64,000 nt of DNA, taken from the NCBI GenBank assembly GCA_003427395.1, contig BFEA01000033.1, positions 2,521,549-2,585,548 on the forward strand. The letters run 5' to 3'. Positions 63,499 to 64,000 of this stretch are shown in pieces. Numbering within the stretch: the first letter of the stretch is position 1; each line of letters begins with the position of its first letter. A model generated the notes under the pieces. That model made no database searches, was not told the origin of the DNA, and saw only the letters and a list, made by a program, of their open reading frames with translations. This DNA comes from Chara braunii (Eukaryota > Plantae > Charophyceae). The position numbers and the translations under genes were made by a program.

Positions 63499-64000
63499 GG
63501 CTACCAGCCGGGCCGCCCGGATCACCTTGTTTTCCCGGGCGGCCCGACCGTGCAAGGACCACGGAGGGTCCCAGCAAAAAGGGAAAAGAACAGAAAAATC
63601 AAAAAAATCCTAGGCTACCAGAGTGGCCCGGGGCCACTTGCCCGGCCGGGCCAAAAACAAATAAAAAAATAAAAATAAAAATTATTTTTTGAACTTTATT
63701 TTTTATTTTAAATATGGCAAAGAATTTGAATGTGACCCTGAGGCAAAAGTTGTTCAGTTTATTTTTCTGCATAACATAGTTTTTTTTTGATTTTTTTCGA
63801 GGCTATCAGAGGAGCCTGGGTCCACTTGCCCGGCTGGGCCAAAAAAAAAAAAAAAAAAAAGAATATAATTAGTTTTTAATTTATTTTTTTATTTGAAATT
63901 TTGTAAAGATTTTCGATGTGACCCTGAAGCAAAAGTTGTTTAGTTTATTTTTGTGCATAACATAGATTTTTTCCGGATTTTTTTTTTTTTTTTTGAATGG
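63499..64000 (+). mobile_element. GGCTACCAG-terminated repeat with about 190-bp internal duplication; runs off the window
   Basis: Two units of GGCTAYCAGAG...CCACTTGCCCGGC...GTGACCCTGA...GCATAACATAG; homologous to 43190-43412 and 51201-51240. Confidence 0.65.

Overview
Repeat-rich eukaryotic nuclear scaffold with several N-gaps and many (GA/CT)n, (CA)n and (TA)n microsatellites. The host is probably a green plant, and a Charales-like streptophyte alga is my inference. Two host genes are recognisable: a complete six-exon plastid 2-Cys peroxiredoxin (BAS1-type, 15302-25377, +) and the first exon of plastid ribosomal protein S1 (61947-62372, +). The rest is mostly nested, decayed mobile DNA: a Ty3/Gypsy pol remnant, a Penelope-like RT fragment, LINE 3' relics, tRNA-derived SINEs, several MITE families and a two-gene Kolobok-like DNA transposon with a non-autonomous partner. 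The most notable structure is a pair of collinear, diverged units of about 6.5 kb (3804-10265) and 7.8 kb (43413-51200) that behave like giant LTRs. One begins directly after the Gypsy integrase stop. The other has TG...CA ends and cleanly interrupts a repeat whose empty site is visible at 63.5 kb. Both carry a U6 snRNA 3' segment followed by an antisense tRNA-like box, a TATA box, a decayed ORF family I do not recognise, and a conserved structured 3' block. An untrimmed Nextera mate-pair junction adapter at 21215-21252 is an assembly artefact. All alignments were done by eye.
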